Below are positions 52,501 through 64,000 of a stretch of 64,000 nt of DNA, piece by piece. A model generated the notes under the pieces. It made no database searches and was not told the DNA's origin. It was given only the letters and a program-made list of their open reading frames with translations. How positions within the stretch are numbered: the stretch's first letter is position 1; every line of letters starts with the position of its first letter. Source of the stretch: Tubiluchus corallicola (lineage: Eukaryota > Animalia > Priapulida); the NCBI GenBank assembly GCA_030141605.1, contig JAQGDQ010000147.1, positions 124,001 to 188,000 of the forward strand, in the 5' to 3' direction. Made by a program: the position numbers and the translations under genes.

Positions 52501-55500
52501 TGCTAACAACACATTATTTCAATATCTAATCTTACTATCATGCCTAACAAAAACTTTCGGACATGATGAATGTACAATGGCATCTAAAAAACTTCACACA
52601 CAAACTGTATTCTGAATTAGCCAGGCAGTCCAGTCTCTGGCTGACTAACTCTTGTTTTTTGTCATTGTAGAAATTATGATCAGTTATTACTGCATACAAA
52701 GGTCAACGATGAGAAACGTGATCTGTTAAAATGCTACCCTATGAGCCTAATGCCAATTGTCAGAAAGGTCTTTAAACCAAATTAAATGAGTATTGTGTTT
52801 TTATACAATAATAATCTTCTTGTCGATGTACAGCATCATTTTATATTAATTATACAATGCTTATAGAAAAAATAAAGCGGTAACTCAAATTTAAATTATT
52901 ATACAATATACATTTCTTAATTGTACTACTCACTTGAATGTTAGCATAGAAAGCTTCATGGTTAAAAAGACAACCAACTGTTCTGTATGTATGCAAAGGT
53001 TGGGGAGGAACAATAACCCCAGGCTCATCCACCTGAATAGGCTGATGCAGGAACCTGCAAAACATAAATAAAACAAATGAAAGTATACTTTCGTATATGT
53101 GTACATATGTACACATGTACATTAGTAAATAACTGTGAATGCATTATAATGTGAAGTCATTTAATAATGTGATTAACTGGGATCTTGTATAACAAACTTG
53201 TCAATTAGCAATGAAGTGAGTAGAATGCCATTTTTACAACATTTAACACCCTTTCTTTAAGACAGATGATGAAAATACAGTGATCTTTCACTAACCACTT
53301 ACCAAGAGACCTCTCAGAGTCATTTGAAAAACAAAAAATTCTAATCATGCCTACAGATAGAAAACAAAAAAATGAAGACAAAATAATGTCACCTGTTTCC
53401 TGTGAGACTCTCCCAAAATATGGTTTCACTATCAGGGGTATTAGTGAGAACCCATGAATGAGGTGTTCCATTACCCTTAGTACCAATGCACACGTAAGCG
53501 TCTAAACCAAATCCTAACAGCAGATTACACAGCAGGATGGAATGGTTCTCGTGGTCCTGGAATAATGCATATATACATTTATATATGTTGTCAACAGCCA
53601 CAAAGTGACAATTCTTATCAGTTACAAGATTTTATGCATTCGCATTTAAAAACATTGGGAGCAGGATATCTGGCATAAAGGCACAAGTTTTTACTGTTGA
53701 TCACATGACAAATTTGCGCAAGTTTACAATTTCACTCGCTGTTGATAAGGCCTGTTTATTCTAGTTCAGCTGCTGTGTAGAGGCACTCCGTGTCACATAG
53801 CAATGACAGTGTCCTGCTACCCATTCGAAACTACTGGCCACTTTTCGTCCTGGAATTATTAGGATTTTGTGAAAGCAACTAATATCTTGAATTGCATAAG
53901 AAACAAGAACAGACAGGAAGAGACCCGAATTTACAACCTTTAGACCAAACACCAACAAGAATCATGTTGAGCGAGTCAATCAAACAAGAACAGAAGCAAA
54001 ATAGACTAAGTTTCTTTAGCGTCACTTGCCTTTTAAATGTCAACATGCACTTTAACAAATAACCTCATTAGAATCATAGGATACTCTAAGCAAAATACTA
54101 ACTTTTTCTATTGAATCGGGCAAAATTGATTCCCAAACTAAGGCCCCTAAGGCTCTTTATCTCTATACAATCTTTAAAATGGAGTTGTCTCTCCAAGAAG
54201 AGTTAAAGCAAGACAGCAAGAGCTAGAGACAGACACACCAATCCTAGAGCATTTACACCATATTACACAGATACTTCTTGTATTCGGGTTACTCATTAAC
54301 AAAGTTAAATGAATACTCGAAGCATTTACTTCTGATGAACATATTTTTGTTAAAGCCTTCTACCTCATCCCAGTTTTGCATAAAGTTAACAAACCTGTTT
54401 TTTAAATGGCCTTGTCAACACATGAATTTCACAATAATTGCATTTTGTTCCAGGCTCCAGAAAAAGACAAGCTTAATTGTTTTCTAGTACAAAACAGCCA
54501 TTGTTTCATTGTTTTCTAAAGGGATTGTTAAGTACTAAAGAACAAGACATTATTGACCAGTAGGGTAACTCCCATTTTCAGTAAGTTGTAGCAGTGTGAT
54601 TTTGGAACTTTCAACATTAACCAGTTCTGTGAAAAAAATTTGGTTCAATAATGTTTGATTTAGCCAAAATGTTTTATTAGAGTCCACTATCATACAGTAA
54701 TGTACATATGAAAGAACAAAATGATATAGTATTAAAAAGGCAATGACATTGCTTAAATGCATATCAGCAAAATGTTCAGTAACCAAGTTAATTAGCACAG
54801 ACTGCACTAATGCATGTACTTGCAGTATATAAATTTTTATAACTAATTATTCATCATTAGTTAGGCTTAATAAGAGACTATTTTGTTTAATATAGTACTA
54901 TAATGGTAATGGACTCTATCGAAATGTGTTGGTCGATAAACATTATTAAGTGAAGTGAAGACAAAGCTATGATATACCGATGTTCGAACTTGTTTTACAA
55001 AAACTTTTTTATTAATTCAGAAAGATGAAAAATAGAAAAGAAAACAAATGAAAAGTGAAAACGGAGATATTGAATATTAGCAGATACAAATGAGATCCTT
55101 GTCAAGAACATGTGATATGGCTTACATTATTTACTACACAGTATCAATGTCTACCATCTTCAATCATCTTGCTGCTTATGATGTTCATTGCCCTACTCCG
55201 TGGCCATACCCATCAAGGGACAACTGCTTGGGAAACTTAACCACTTGCATCTGCGATCGTGGACGACATAATGACCTACAGCACTGTCAGTTTGTCAGAT
55301 GCGAAAACACTAATCAAGATGCTTTGAGTGAAGCCATTGCAAGAATTGACAGACCCATACAAGGCATAGATTTGCTTCACTACAAAGACTTCTTGCTGCC
55401 GCGAAGATTTCTGGATGGCAAAATTGCTACTACTGTTATTTTGGAAGAGGGTCACATTGGTTTGAACAAGATTGGTTTAACAGCATTAGAAAATGATACA

Positions 55501-58500
55501 TTTGCTGGTCTTTCAGGGGTCTCTAAGATCCTTGTAAGAGGTCACCAAAACATGAAAGTCATCGAACGCCTCACTTTCTTGCCACTAGAGAACTTGAGTG
55601 AGATTGTAATTGTTGACAATCCGTCTTTGGAGAAATTACAACTGAATTTGGAAACAATGTCAAACCTTACAGCTTTGGATCTATCGGCAAATAACCTTTC
55701 TTTCGTTGAGATGCCTCTATTTCATCCGAATGTGAAGACGCAACACGTGCGATTGACCTTCCTAGGAGGTCAAGAAACGAACCTTCAATTTTGTCGAAGT
55801 AAGTGTAATTTAAACATAAAAATTTTTGGCAGTTTTACCTATTTCACTTTACAGAGTAGTAGTATATGATGTTCAACATTTATGGGAACTTGCATAGAAT
55901 GTATAATGCATACATTGCATAATGCATAAGTTCAAGTACAAGCAGTGTTGTGCAAAGAAATTTAATTGCGAGCTGCAATTTTTAAAAACAAGCTACTTAA
56001 TATACTGGTTACATCCAGGAATCCTTTAGAACAAAAAGGTCACTTGGGAGGGAAGAACTGATCCTGCTAGTGCAGATAGTCACTAGAAATTAAACTGGAT
56101 TATAGCCTTCACTACAAAGTTGTTTGATGAACTTTAAAACTGGTGCAAGTTTACCACCACCTGGATGAAATAGTAAAAAGTTCCTGGCAAAAAGCAGTTT
56201 ATCAAACAAAGGAAGATCATCAATGGATTAATTTTGCTGAGATTTTTAAGACAAAGATCTTTTTAACTGGAAGATGCATATTTTGATTAACAGTATGCTT
56301 TGTAAATCAGAAAGTTAAAGCCAATTATAAAATTGACAGTGTTTATAATGTTATTTCTATCTAGGCAACAAATTAATTTGTAACTGCAGCCTTGCATGGG
56401 TGAAACAGTCAACTTGGAAAAACAATGACAGAACACTTGGACAGTGCAGTGGACCACCAGTTCTTAGGGGACAGTTCATTTTCAAGCTGAGGCTAGAAGA
56501 CTTTGGAAATTGCGACACTGGTGGTGTATTAGCATCAGGTCAGGAAAGCTACTGCTACATTACTGGCTTACAATATTTCATGACAGCAGTTATCATACTC
56601 AACTTACCATTGTAGCACAATTCGTTAAGAATACTGCTTTTCTCCTTGATCGATGATCAGAGAGAATGAGACTGCATGTAAGTTTTTCAATGAAATGTAG
56701 AACTCCACATTTCAATGTGGATTACAATGTGAGTCAAATATATACTGACAAAACATCGTTAAGTACATAAACAAACTCGGAAGATGTACAATATGAACAA
56801 AAGAGTAAGTAGTAGCTCTATGATAATAAAAGTAATGGCTCACAATTAATTAGCAGTATCTAAATTATTACAGCAAAATAAAAAGTACAAATGAAATGCT
56901 CAGTTGTCTAATACGATCAGCAGTTTGATTAGTTTCACTATGTTGTTATATGTTTCACTATATGTTGACTACGATAAAACTACAATTACATGCTCGACAT
57001 ATACAAAAATACGCATTACCAATTTTAGAATTACATTGAAAGCACCGTTATTTAATTATATACAGCAGAGCCTATTTTCAGAAGATAACTCCACAATTCT
57101 TGTCTAATAAAATGGTTTTTGAACTCAGCAGCCGGTAGTCAAATTTCTAGCTTAACTTTATGTTTAAGAAAAATATTCTGAAACAATTACCAATTCTGAA
57201 GCAATTTATGGAAATGATTAATTATTACCTATTAATTAATATTTGTTGTTATTTGCAAAAATTAAACAAAATATATACATATATACAATAAAACATATAT
57301 GGTATAGTTTTGCATATTATGCAGAGTGTATCCTGAATAATCTATACTCTTATATTAATATTCTTGGTATTGGCTTAATATATTTATTTATATATATATA
57401 TAAGATTCGAGGCTACAGCCCGGACGAGGGCACCATTTGCGGCGATCTGTATATCAAACGAAAGGTCTCGATCTAGTGTCGTACCATTGATGGTTTATTT
57501 TTTGAATTGGGCCCACCGGGAGGAGGGGGAGGCGAAAAACCCCCAAAAATGGCTCTTTTTCGGCCGTTTTTTGCAAAAGTTATACGGCTGAGATGTAGAG
57601 AACGGGAACGGGCCGAGGGGGGGTGCTGGGTATGGATAGATAGTCCGTTCAGCGGTGGGTGTAGTAGGCCTATTTAGAATTCGCGAGAGGGCCAGGGCGC
57701 CCCGCAACGGGCGTTTTCCCGGACCCAACTCGCGATTTTTTCGAAATTTTGACCAAACAGCCTGCGGAAAAAACGTTCTAGCGGCGCCCGGTGGGACTCT
57801 CGGAAGGAGATATATAGCTCTTTACAAAGAGGAAGGACAGGGCTACACGATGATGTGGGATATATTTTAGGGCAGGTCCACCGAGAGGAGTATCAACGAG
57901 TTAGTTAGGAGTTCTATTTTCGGCAATTTTCACTTAGAAAACTGCTGACGCAAAGGCATTGTTGTGACGTCATCCATTGTACTCTGTCTATAATCTTATA
58001 ACTTTAATTCAGCAAAAAGCTGCTCCAGGCTTAGTTAAACAAACAGTAGACACGATGTTACGGGCTTTGTGTTATAAATGTGGACTAGGTAGGATGTTCG
58101 CGTATTATTGATTACACGTGTATTTATACGCAAAATCTTTTGCGGGGCCTTTGCTATTTATTATATTATAGCACATAGTTTCAACTTTGTGAAAAATGTT
58201 TGGAATGGTTTTGTTGTAATGCTGTACTGTTGGTGCTTGTGCTATAGGTGTTGTCATCGTTGCCACCGTCATCATCATCATCATCAACATCATGATCACC
58301 ACGTGAGGTGGTGGATTTGATGTGGTGTGGTGGTGGTGTGCTTTGTGTGTTGTGCTATGGATGGTGTGGTGGGGTGATAGGGTGTGTTGGGTGTGGTGTG
58401 GTGTGTGGGTGGTGCAGTGTGGTGTTATGGTGTGGTGCAGTGGTATGGTGTGGTGCAGTGTGGTGTGATGTGGTGGAGTCGTATGGTGTGGTTGGTGTGG

Positions 58501-59444
58501 TGTGGTATGTGGGTCGTGCGGTGTGCTGCAGTGGTATGTTGTGGTGCGGTGTGGTGTGATGTGGTATGGTGTGGGTGGTATGGTGTGTAGGTGGGTGGGT
58601 GGTGTGGTGCAGTGTGGTGTTGTGGTGTGGTGCTGTGCGGTGTGATGTGGTGGAGTATTATGGTGTGGGTGGTGTGGTGTGTGGGTGGTGCGGTGCAGTG
58701 GTATGGTGTGGTGTGATGTGGTGGAGTCGTATGGTGTGGGTGGTGTGGTGTGGTGTGTGGGTGGTGCGGTGTGCTGCAGCGGTATGGTGTGGTGCGGTGT
58801 GGTGTGTAGGTGGGTGGGTGGTGTGGTGCAGTGTGGTGTTATGGTGTGGAGCAATGTGGTGTTATGGTGTGGTGCTGTGCAGTGTGATGTGGTGGAGTAT
58901 TATGGTGTGGGTGGTGTGGTGTGGTGTATGGGTGGTGCATTGGTATGGTGTGGTGCAGTGTGGTGTGATGTGGTGGAGTGGTATGGTGTGGGTGGTGTGG
59001 TGTGTAGGTGGTATGGTGTGGTGCAGTGTGATGTGATGTGGTGGAGTGGTATGGTGTGGTGTGTAGGTGGGTGGGTGGTTTGGTGCAGTGTGGTGTTATG
59101 GTGTGGTGCTGTGCGGTGTGATGTGGTGGAGTGGTATGGTGTGGTGCAGTGTGGTGTGATGAGGTGGAGTGGTGTGGTGTGGGTTTTGTGTTGATTTGTG
59201 CACAAAATTCTTTTTGTGGGGTTTGGCTAGTATCTTCATTAATTTTCAATGAATCACTGGAAAAAGGACATTTGCTTGAGATAGTAAGGAAATACACATT
59301 ATAAAAACAAAATAAATACAAAAGACAATACAGTGATTCTAGAAACATAGTTTCACTTTTCTGCAGGCACATTCGACAATGAACAATATATATACATATA
59401 TAGAACAGTATATCCAAATACTGTTTTATATGTTTATGTATATG

Positions 59445-59476
<32 letters not shown>

Positions 59477-62400
59477 CATATACATAAAAATATATTATGG
59501 ATAAAGCGTTCAGCGTCAAATTTGTGAACTTACTACATGAACAATAATTGAAAAAATAAGCTGAGGAAGCAACAAATGCTTATACGATAACCTTACATAC
59601 TTGTGCATATTTTGTAATATGACAGATTCGATACATGTAACAAGAATTATTTTAAATAAAGATATATTTATTTATGACATACCCCCTTTTTACGAGCCAG
59701 AAAAGCATGTATGCTAGTCCATATCTCTACGGCATCATCAAAACCAACCGTGGTGTTTCTTTCATACGGTATCAGTGAGACGAATCTGGCACACTGACGT
59801 GGGGAGTCGAGCAACCTGCCAGCTCGCAACGGTTTCACGTAACAACAAACGGGTCTGTTTGTAGCCGTTTCATCCTAATAAATTAAATGGGCAAAATGAC
59901 AATAACACGTTACTAATGATAAAAATAATACTGCCTTTTAGTGAGGGTTTGGGGCTATTTTCATAAAAGTTGTATAATTCACTTGGGTTTTGGTAGCACA
60001 ATCGATATATTCAAGTGCGATAAAATGGGCCATCAATGCTTAAAGAAGGTGTGTCAAAGAAAAACTAACCTGTGCAAATATTTTGATCTGTCTCTTGCTA
60101 TGAGTATCTCGTATTTGTAAATATTCCTGCCACCAATGTTTAGCATAAACTAAGAACAAATGTTCCTTCTCTGAAGTTCTTTTTCTTTCCATTTCCAGTT
60201 GCATGTGAACTATATCGGGTGAAATCGGTTGAACTAATGCTGGAATGAGTTCCATTTGAATGGCTAAGACTCCAACAGTAACTTTTGCTTCTTTGCCTAA
60301 ATAGAGATCCAGAAAATTAGGCTTAACCTTCTTTGAAATATTCTCAAATTTAATCATTAATGGTAACTGCTTCTAAAACAAAACTAACATTTAATGATAA
60401 CTTCAATCACTATCACTACTGCTGTTGCTACCAATATTACTGTAAGTACAGACACGCCTGAATTGTCACGTTGTCAAGCAAAAGCAAAAGTAAGCTAATA
60501 ACATTTTCAGCAAAGTCCAATAATCACAATGGTTAAGATTAACAAAACATGTGCACATCTATGTAATGTAGTTGCCAACAGTATCTATAGTACTTTAAAT
60601 GCTAAGTTAAGTAAGCAGAAATGTGCATTCTATTAACTGAGACTGCTAGGTGAAATAAGATTAGCAGAGACCACAGAATATGCCAAATACTAGTATGTGA
60701 TATGAATGACATTTAAATTCTGAATCATTAGATTTTTGTAATCCAAAATAAAATATAGTGATCAAATTCAAACTGTGCATTCTTTACTGATGTAGACTCA
60801 CAATAGATAAAGCTAAATATTAATACTATTGATAGAATTTGTGGAAATAACAATCTTTGAACTAACGCTAAATAACTGTAGATAATCACAACTTTAAATG
60901 TTGTGCTAAAGGAATCTCACAAAAAGATGAATCTTAGTTTGTCACTGGACAATGTTTTTGTATTTTGTGATTGTGCTGAACTGTATGGTTGTCAGATTTT
61001 GAATTTGTCAATAAACATTATAAAACAATTAAAGGACATATTCTTTACCGATTCCGCACAGCTGAATTTCGCAGTTTCCAGCTGAGTTTTCAGATTCCAA
61101 TATAGTCCTCCACTCTAAGCTGTATGACGATAATAAAGTAGTTTCTCCAGTTGGACATGACCTCGTTAAGACAATATGCACATGATCGGCAAAAGACAGT
61201 AAATCGCTTTCATCGGGTGCTACATAAAACAAACGTTAAGCATAAATATAGTCTCTGTCTTTCAGAGAAGAGCTGTTTTCTAACAAAAAAAGCAGTAAAA
61301 AATTCAAAACGATTCACATTTCAGTAAGACACTGTCAGTGTTATCAGGCAACCTCTGAAATGTGTTACACGCAATATGAAATGTGAGCATGTCAATGTAA
61401 TACACTCATTGCCAAAAACACTTACCAGAACTATTGCTATGTAGTTCAAAAAGAAAATTTTCGCGAAAATCTGGTTCGCACGCACAAGGCACTGGATTTG
61501 AGCAAAATCTTTGACCTCGAAAATATAAATGTAACACTAATACTGCTGGATTCTGACCTAGGCAAACAATAAACATAAGTTAATATTAAACAGGATTTTA
61601 TTAGGTCTGGTATCAATTACTGTAAATACCTATAAAACAAGGATTATATACAGAATTACGGATGTTAATATACGTATAGCGTATATACATTAATATAATA
61701 TTATATCTGATATTACAGCAAATGCTCATAATACTGCTTGAGCAAAGCCTTGGTACACATTAAAATTAATAAATTATGATACCTGGCAATGTCTGTTGGA
61801 CTTCCACGAAGTCCAGGAATGACTTTCCTCCACATATTTGCAAGTAAATGTACCTCTTGGATGGATCAATGCTGACTAGAATATACAAATGAGTAATTTT
61901 AACAACAATAGCTGTAAGTGTGAATGAAGTATGTGAATAAACATATGCAACCACAGTTAGTTATCATCCTTTTTAAATTTTCATCATGTTAGACTTATAT
62001 AAACTACAATTATCAAGAAACATACCTCTGCTAGCAGGCACTGGTGCATCGGCTAGTGACCTGGTACATTTTAAAGCTTGCAATACATCCTCAAGTAATC
62101 CCCTTGATTTTATTTCCTGCAATGAAAAGAAAAACATAAAATGAGATGCAAAATAAGGTTTTATCTTCCCAGATCTTGCATACAGACAGAAATTCATCAA
62201 AAATCATCAGAAATGACACATGCAGAGCTAGTGAATAAATTACTAATTTGAGGTAGAATATCAAATATGAAGAATAAATAGATAATAAGACAAAAATATG
62301 AATGCTAAGCATCTTTATGCAACGAAAATTTGCAGTTTGTAAAGCGTCTTTCTAATTATTAAAACTAAAAGCAAACCACATCTACATTTACTTAGCTATA

Positions 62401-63372
62401 GATTTACTATGACCAGGTGTTCTACTAGTGCAGGATTGTGCATTTGCAGTGTAATGTGAATATCCATTGCTTATATTATAGTTTCAAGTAAATGTCACAA
62501 TGGTTTCTTTTTCCACTGTGATTTTGGCTGTTTATGACATTGAGGGGAGGATGTATTTACATCCAGATTGTGGCTAAGACATTGTTATGTCAATGGGTCA
62601 TCTTAGAGGATAGCCTTGAAAATGACCTACCCCCAGTCTTGCCACAAGCCCACAACCATCTAAATTAAACAAGGTACTGTCTCTTAGTACTAGATCTGCA
62701 ATTGCAGAAACAGCTATTTTTTTCACATCATGCATAGCGCAAACAAACAACACAAATGTAGAAACCAAGGCGACCTTTCCTAAACAAGATGATATTATAA
62801 TTTATTAATTTTAATATGTACCAAGACTTTGCTCAGACAGTAATATTGTTGAAGTTTCCTTTGTTTATCCATGGATGCAGCCTTTTGTTTGTTCAAGGAA
62901 AGGACAACATGGCAATAAGACAAGGAAAGCTGAAAAGCTATGTTTTCTATTAATATATTTTTATTACACTAGGAGCAAAAAGAAGGCTGCTACAATATAT
63001 TCATTCTATTTAATTTGCTACTAAAAACAAAAATCGGACCTCTCACTTACTGAGGATTTAGTTAACTATATCATACCAGCTAGTGGCTTAAACCTTGCAC
63101 TTGTAAACATATGGTAGCACTAATTAAATATTAAACTACAGAAACCTTATTAAGTTTACCTAGAAAAAAAAGTTTAATTAACATGTATTAAATCAATATG
63201 TATTATTATCAATATATAAAATAATAACACTTCCATGAGATTGTTAAATGAAATAAAATAAATTAACAAAAAATTAAAAACTCACTTGAAATATATCTGT
63301 TTCACTCAAGGTGTCTACACCTTTCCCGAGTGCTTCCGACAAAATAGCTGTTACATGACTCCGCAGATCTAC
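49568..63372 (-). CDS. CEP76: Centrosomal protein of 76 kDa (C2 plus transglutaminase-like domains), 5'-partial
   Basis: Phase-consistent exons (minus): 63372-63286, 62116-62026, 61875-61783, 61557-61426, 61219-61049, 60296-60070, 59874-59683, 53556-53393, 53054-52934, 52104-51904, 51337-51250, 50199-50070, 49706-49568 (TAA). Motifs: DPSKRYIYLQICGGKSFL, FRGQRF…PVPCACEPDF, FLVYAKHWWQEYLQIR, PLRAGRLLDSPRQCARFVSLI, LLLGFGLDAYVCIG, FWESLTG, VPDGHTFKGFPIQ, C-terminal CAVWVMYACTYRCVL. The first coding exon is not found in the window. Confidence 0.96.
55090..56615 (+). CDS. Extracellular leucine-rich-repeat protein (LRRNT-like, LRRs, LRRCT, hydrophobic C-terminus), nested antisense in a CEP76 intron
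   Basis: Exon 1 55090-55768 (or -55798) and exon 2 56365-56615, phase 1. Cys-rich CP…C…CIC…C…C N-cap; LRRs LTALENDTFAGL, IERLTFLPLENLSEI, LTALDLSANNL; LRRCT NKLICNCSLAW…CSGPPVLRG…C; terminal hydrophobic stretch with no cytosolic tail. Start Met (55090 or 55117) is uncertain. Confidence 0.85.
57401..57960. mobile_element. GC/CpG-rich interspersed-repeat-like insertion next to a (TA)n run
   Basis: Abrupt shift to high GC and CpG content within AT-rich intron, begins right after tatatatata; no convincing coding motif; termini not resolved. Confidence 0.45.
58305..59185. repeat. Complex G/T-rich satellite built on GTG / GGTGT units with longer recurring blocks
   Basis: Recurring gtggtatggtgtggtgcagtgtggtgtgatgtggtggagt and gtgtaggtgggtgggtggtgtggtgcagtgtggtgtt blocks; strongly strand-asymmetric. 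Confidence 0.95.
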
Positions 63373-63399
63373 CTGTTTTAAACATTACAAGAACAAGAC

Positions 63400-63806
63400 C
63401 ATATTTATTGACGATTTTCCATGAATTAAAAGAGCTAAAGTAAGAAATTGGCATTCAAGAATCACACTCTGCTATACAGTTCTTCCTCTATGCAGGAAAT
63501 GTTGGAGTACCATCCATTATGGTTTTTGACAAACAAGCCAAACAGTTACAAATAGCTACTACAGTTACTCATAATATATGTACAGTTTTTTCTCAGCTTC
63601 TTATCTGTGGAATTTTCTACCAGAAGACTGTTTACCTGAAAATTACAACCTCACTCGATTCAAGTTATATGTATATAAACAAGTCACTAGTTACATAAAC
63701 AAAGCACTACTTTTCTGGCCATGTATTCATATCTTCACCTTTTTAGTGCAGCCCCTTACTTTAAGTGACCATTGGCCTTGTATCGGGGCAATTCGTATTA
63801 AAAAAG
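63400..63806 (+). mobile_element. 3' end of a CR1/Jockey-group LINE, degenerate, upstream of CEP76 exon 63286-63372 (intronic)
   Basis: ORF 63578: YSFFSASYLWNFLPEDCLPENYNLTRFK resembles the SFFxxxxxLWNxLP…YxLxxFK ORF2 terminus, followed by a short 3'UTR ending in ttaaaaaa. Confidence 0.7.
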
Positions 63807-64000
63807 CAAGTACAAGTTGTATTTTACAATATGGTGCTGCATAATGCAACAGGTTTTGCTAGGGTATTGAAGGCAGAAAGGCCTTACTAATACAGGAATA
63901 ATTTAGCAGTATGTGTGAACTAAAGAATCCCATTTTATTTCTTTTCGTGCATGTGAAGATAATCTTTTCACATAGGATTGCAGACAGATTGCGTAAATTG

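Noticed and set aside
58105-59519. Overlapping His/Thr/Pro-rich and Val/Trp/Cys-rich ORFs
   Set aside because: By-products of the G/T satellite, which has few stop codons; no splice or domain support.

Overview
AT-rich, intron-rich eukaryotic genomic DNA, most likely from an invertebrate animal; the taxon cannot be determined from the sequence. Genes were reconstructed by hand from GT-AG splice sites and reading-frame phase. (1) The 3' part of WDR59 (GATOR2 subunit), + strand, 1-14470, with a 5'-truncated RTEX-like LINE in its last intron. (2) An orphan class A GPCR with an intronless CDS, + strand, 21189-22352. (3) A 7-exon gene on the - strand, 27057-35164, for a predicted type I membrane protein whose Cys-rich ectodomain carries a C2H2 zinc-finger motif. 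(4) A D-aspartate/D-amino-acid oxidase, + strand, from 38517, with two intact, tandemly duplicated 114-nt terminal exons that differ in the GHGG motif and end in -PKL and -SKL. (5) CEP76, - strand, 49568 to beyond 63372, with His in place of the transglutaminase-like catalytic Cys. (6) A two-exon LRR gene, + strand, 55090-56615, nested antisense in a CEP76 intron. The window also holds several MITEs, SINE/LINE/Gypsy remnants, a ~700-bp (GA)n tract and a ~900-bp G/T-rich complex satellite. Protein family assignments come from recalled motifs, not from database searches.
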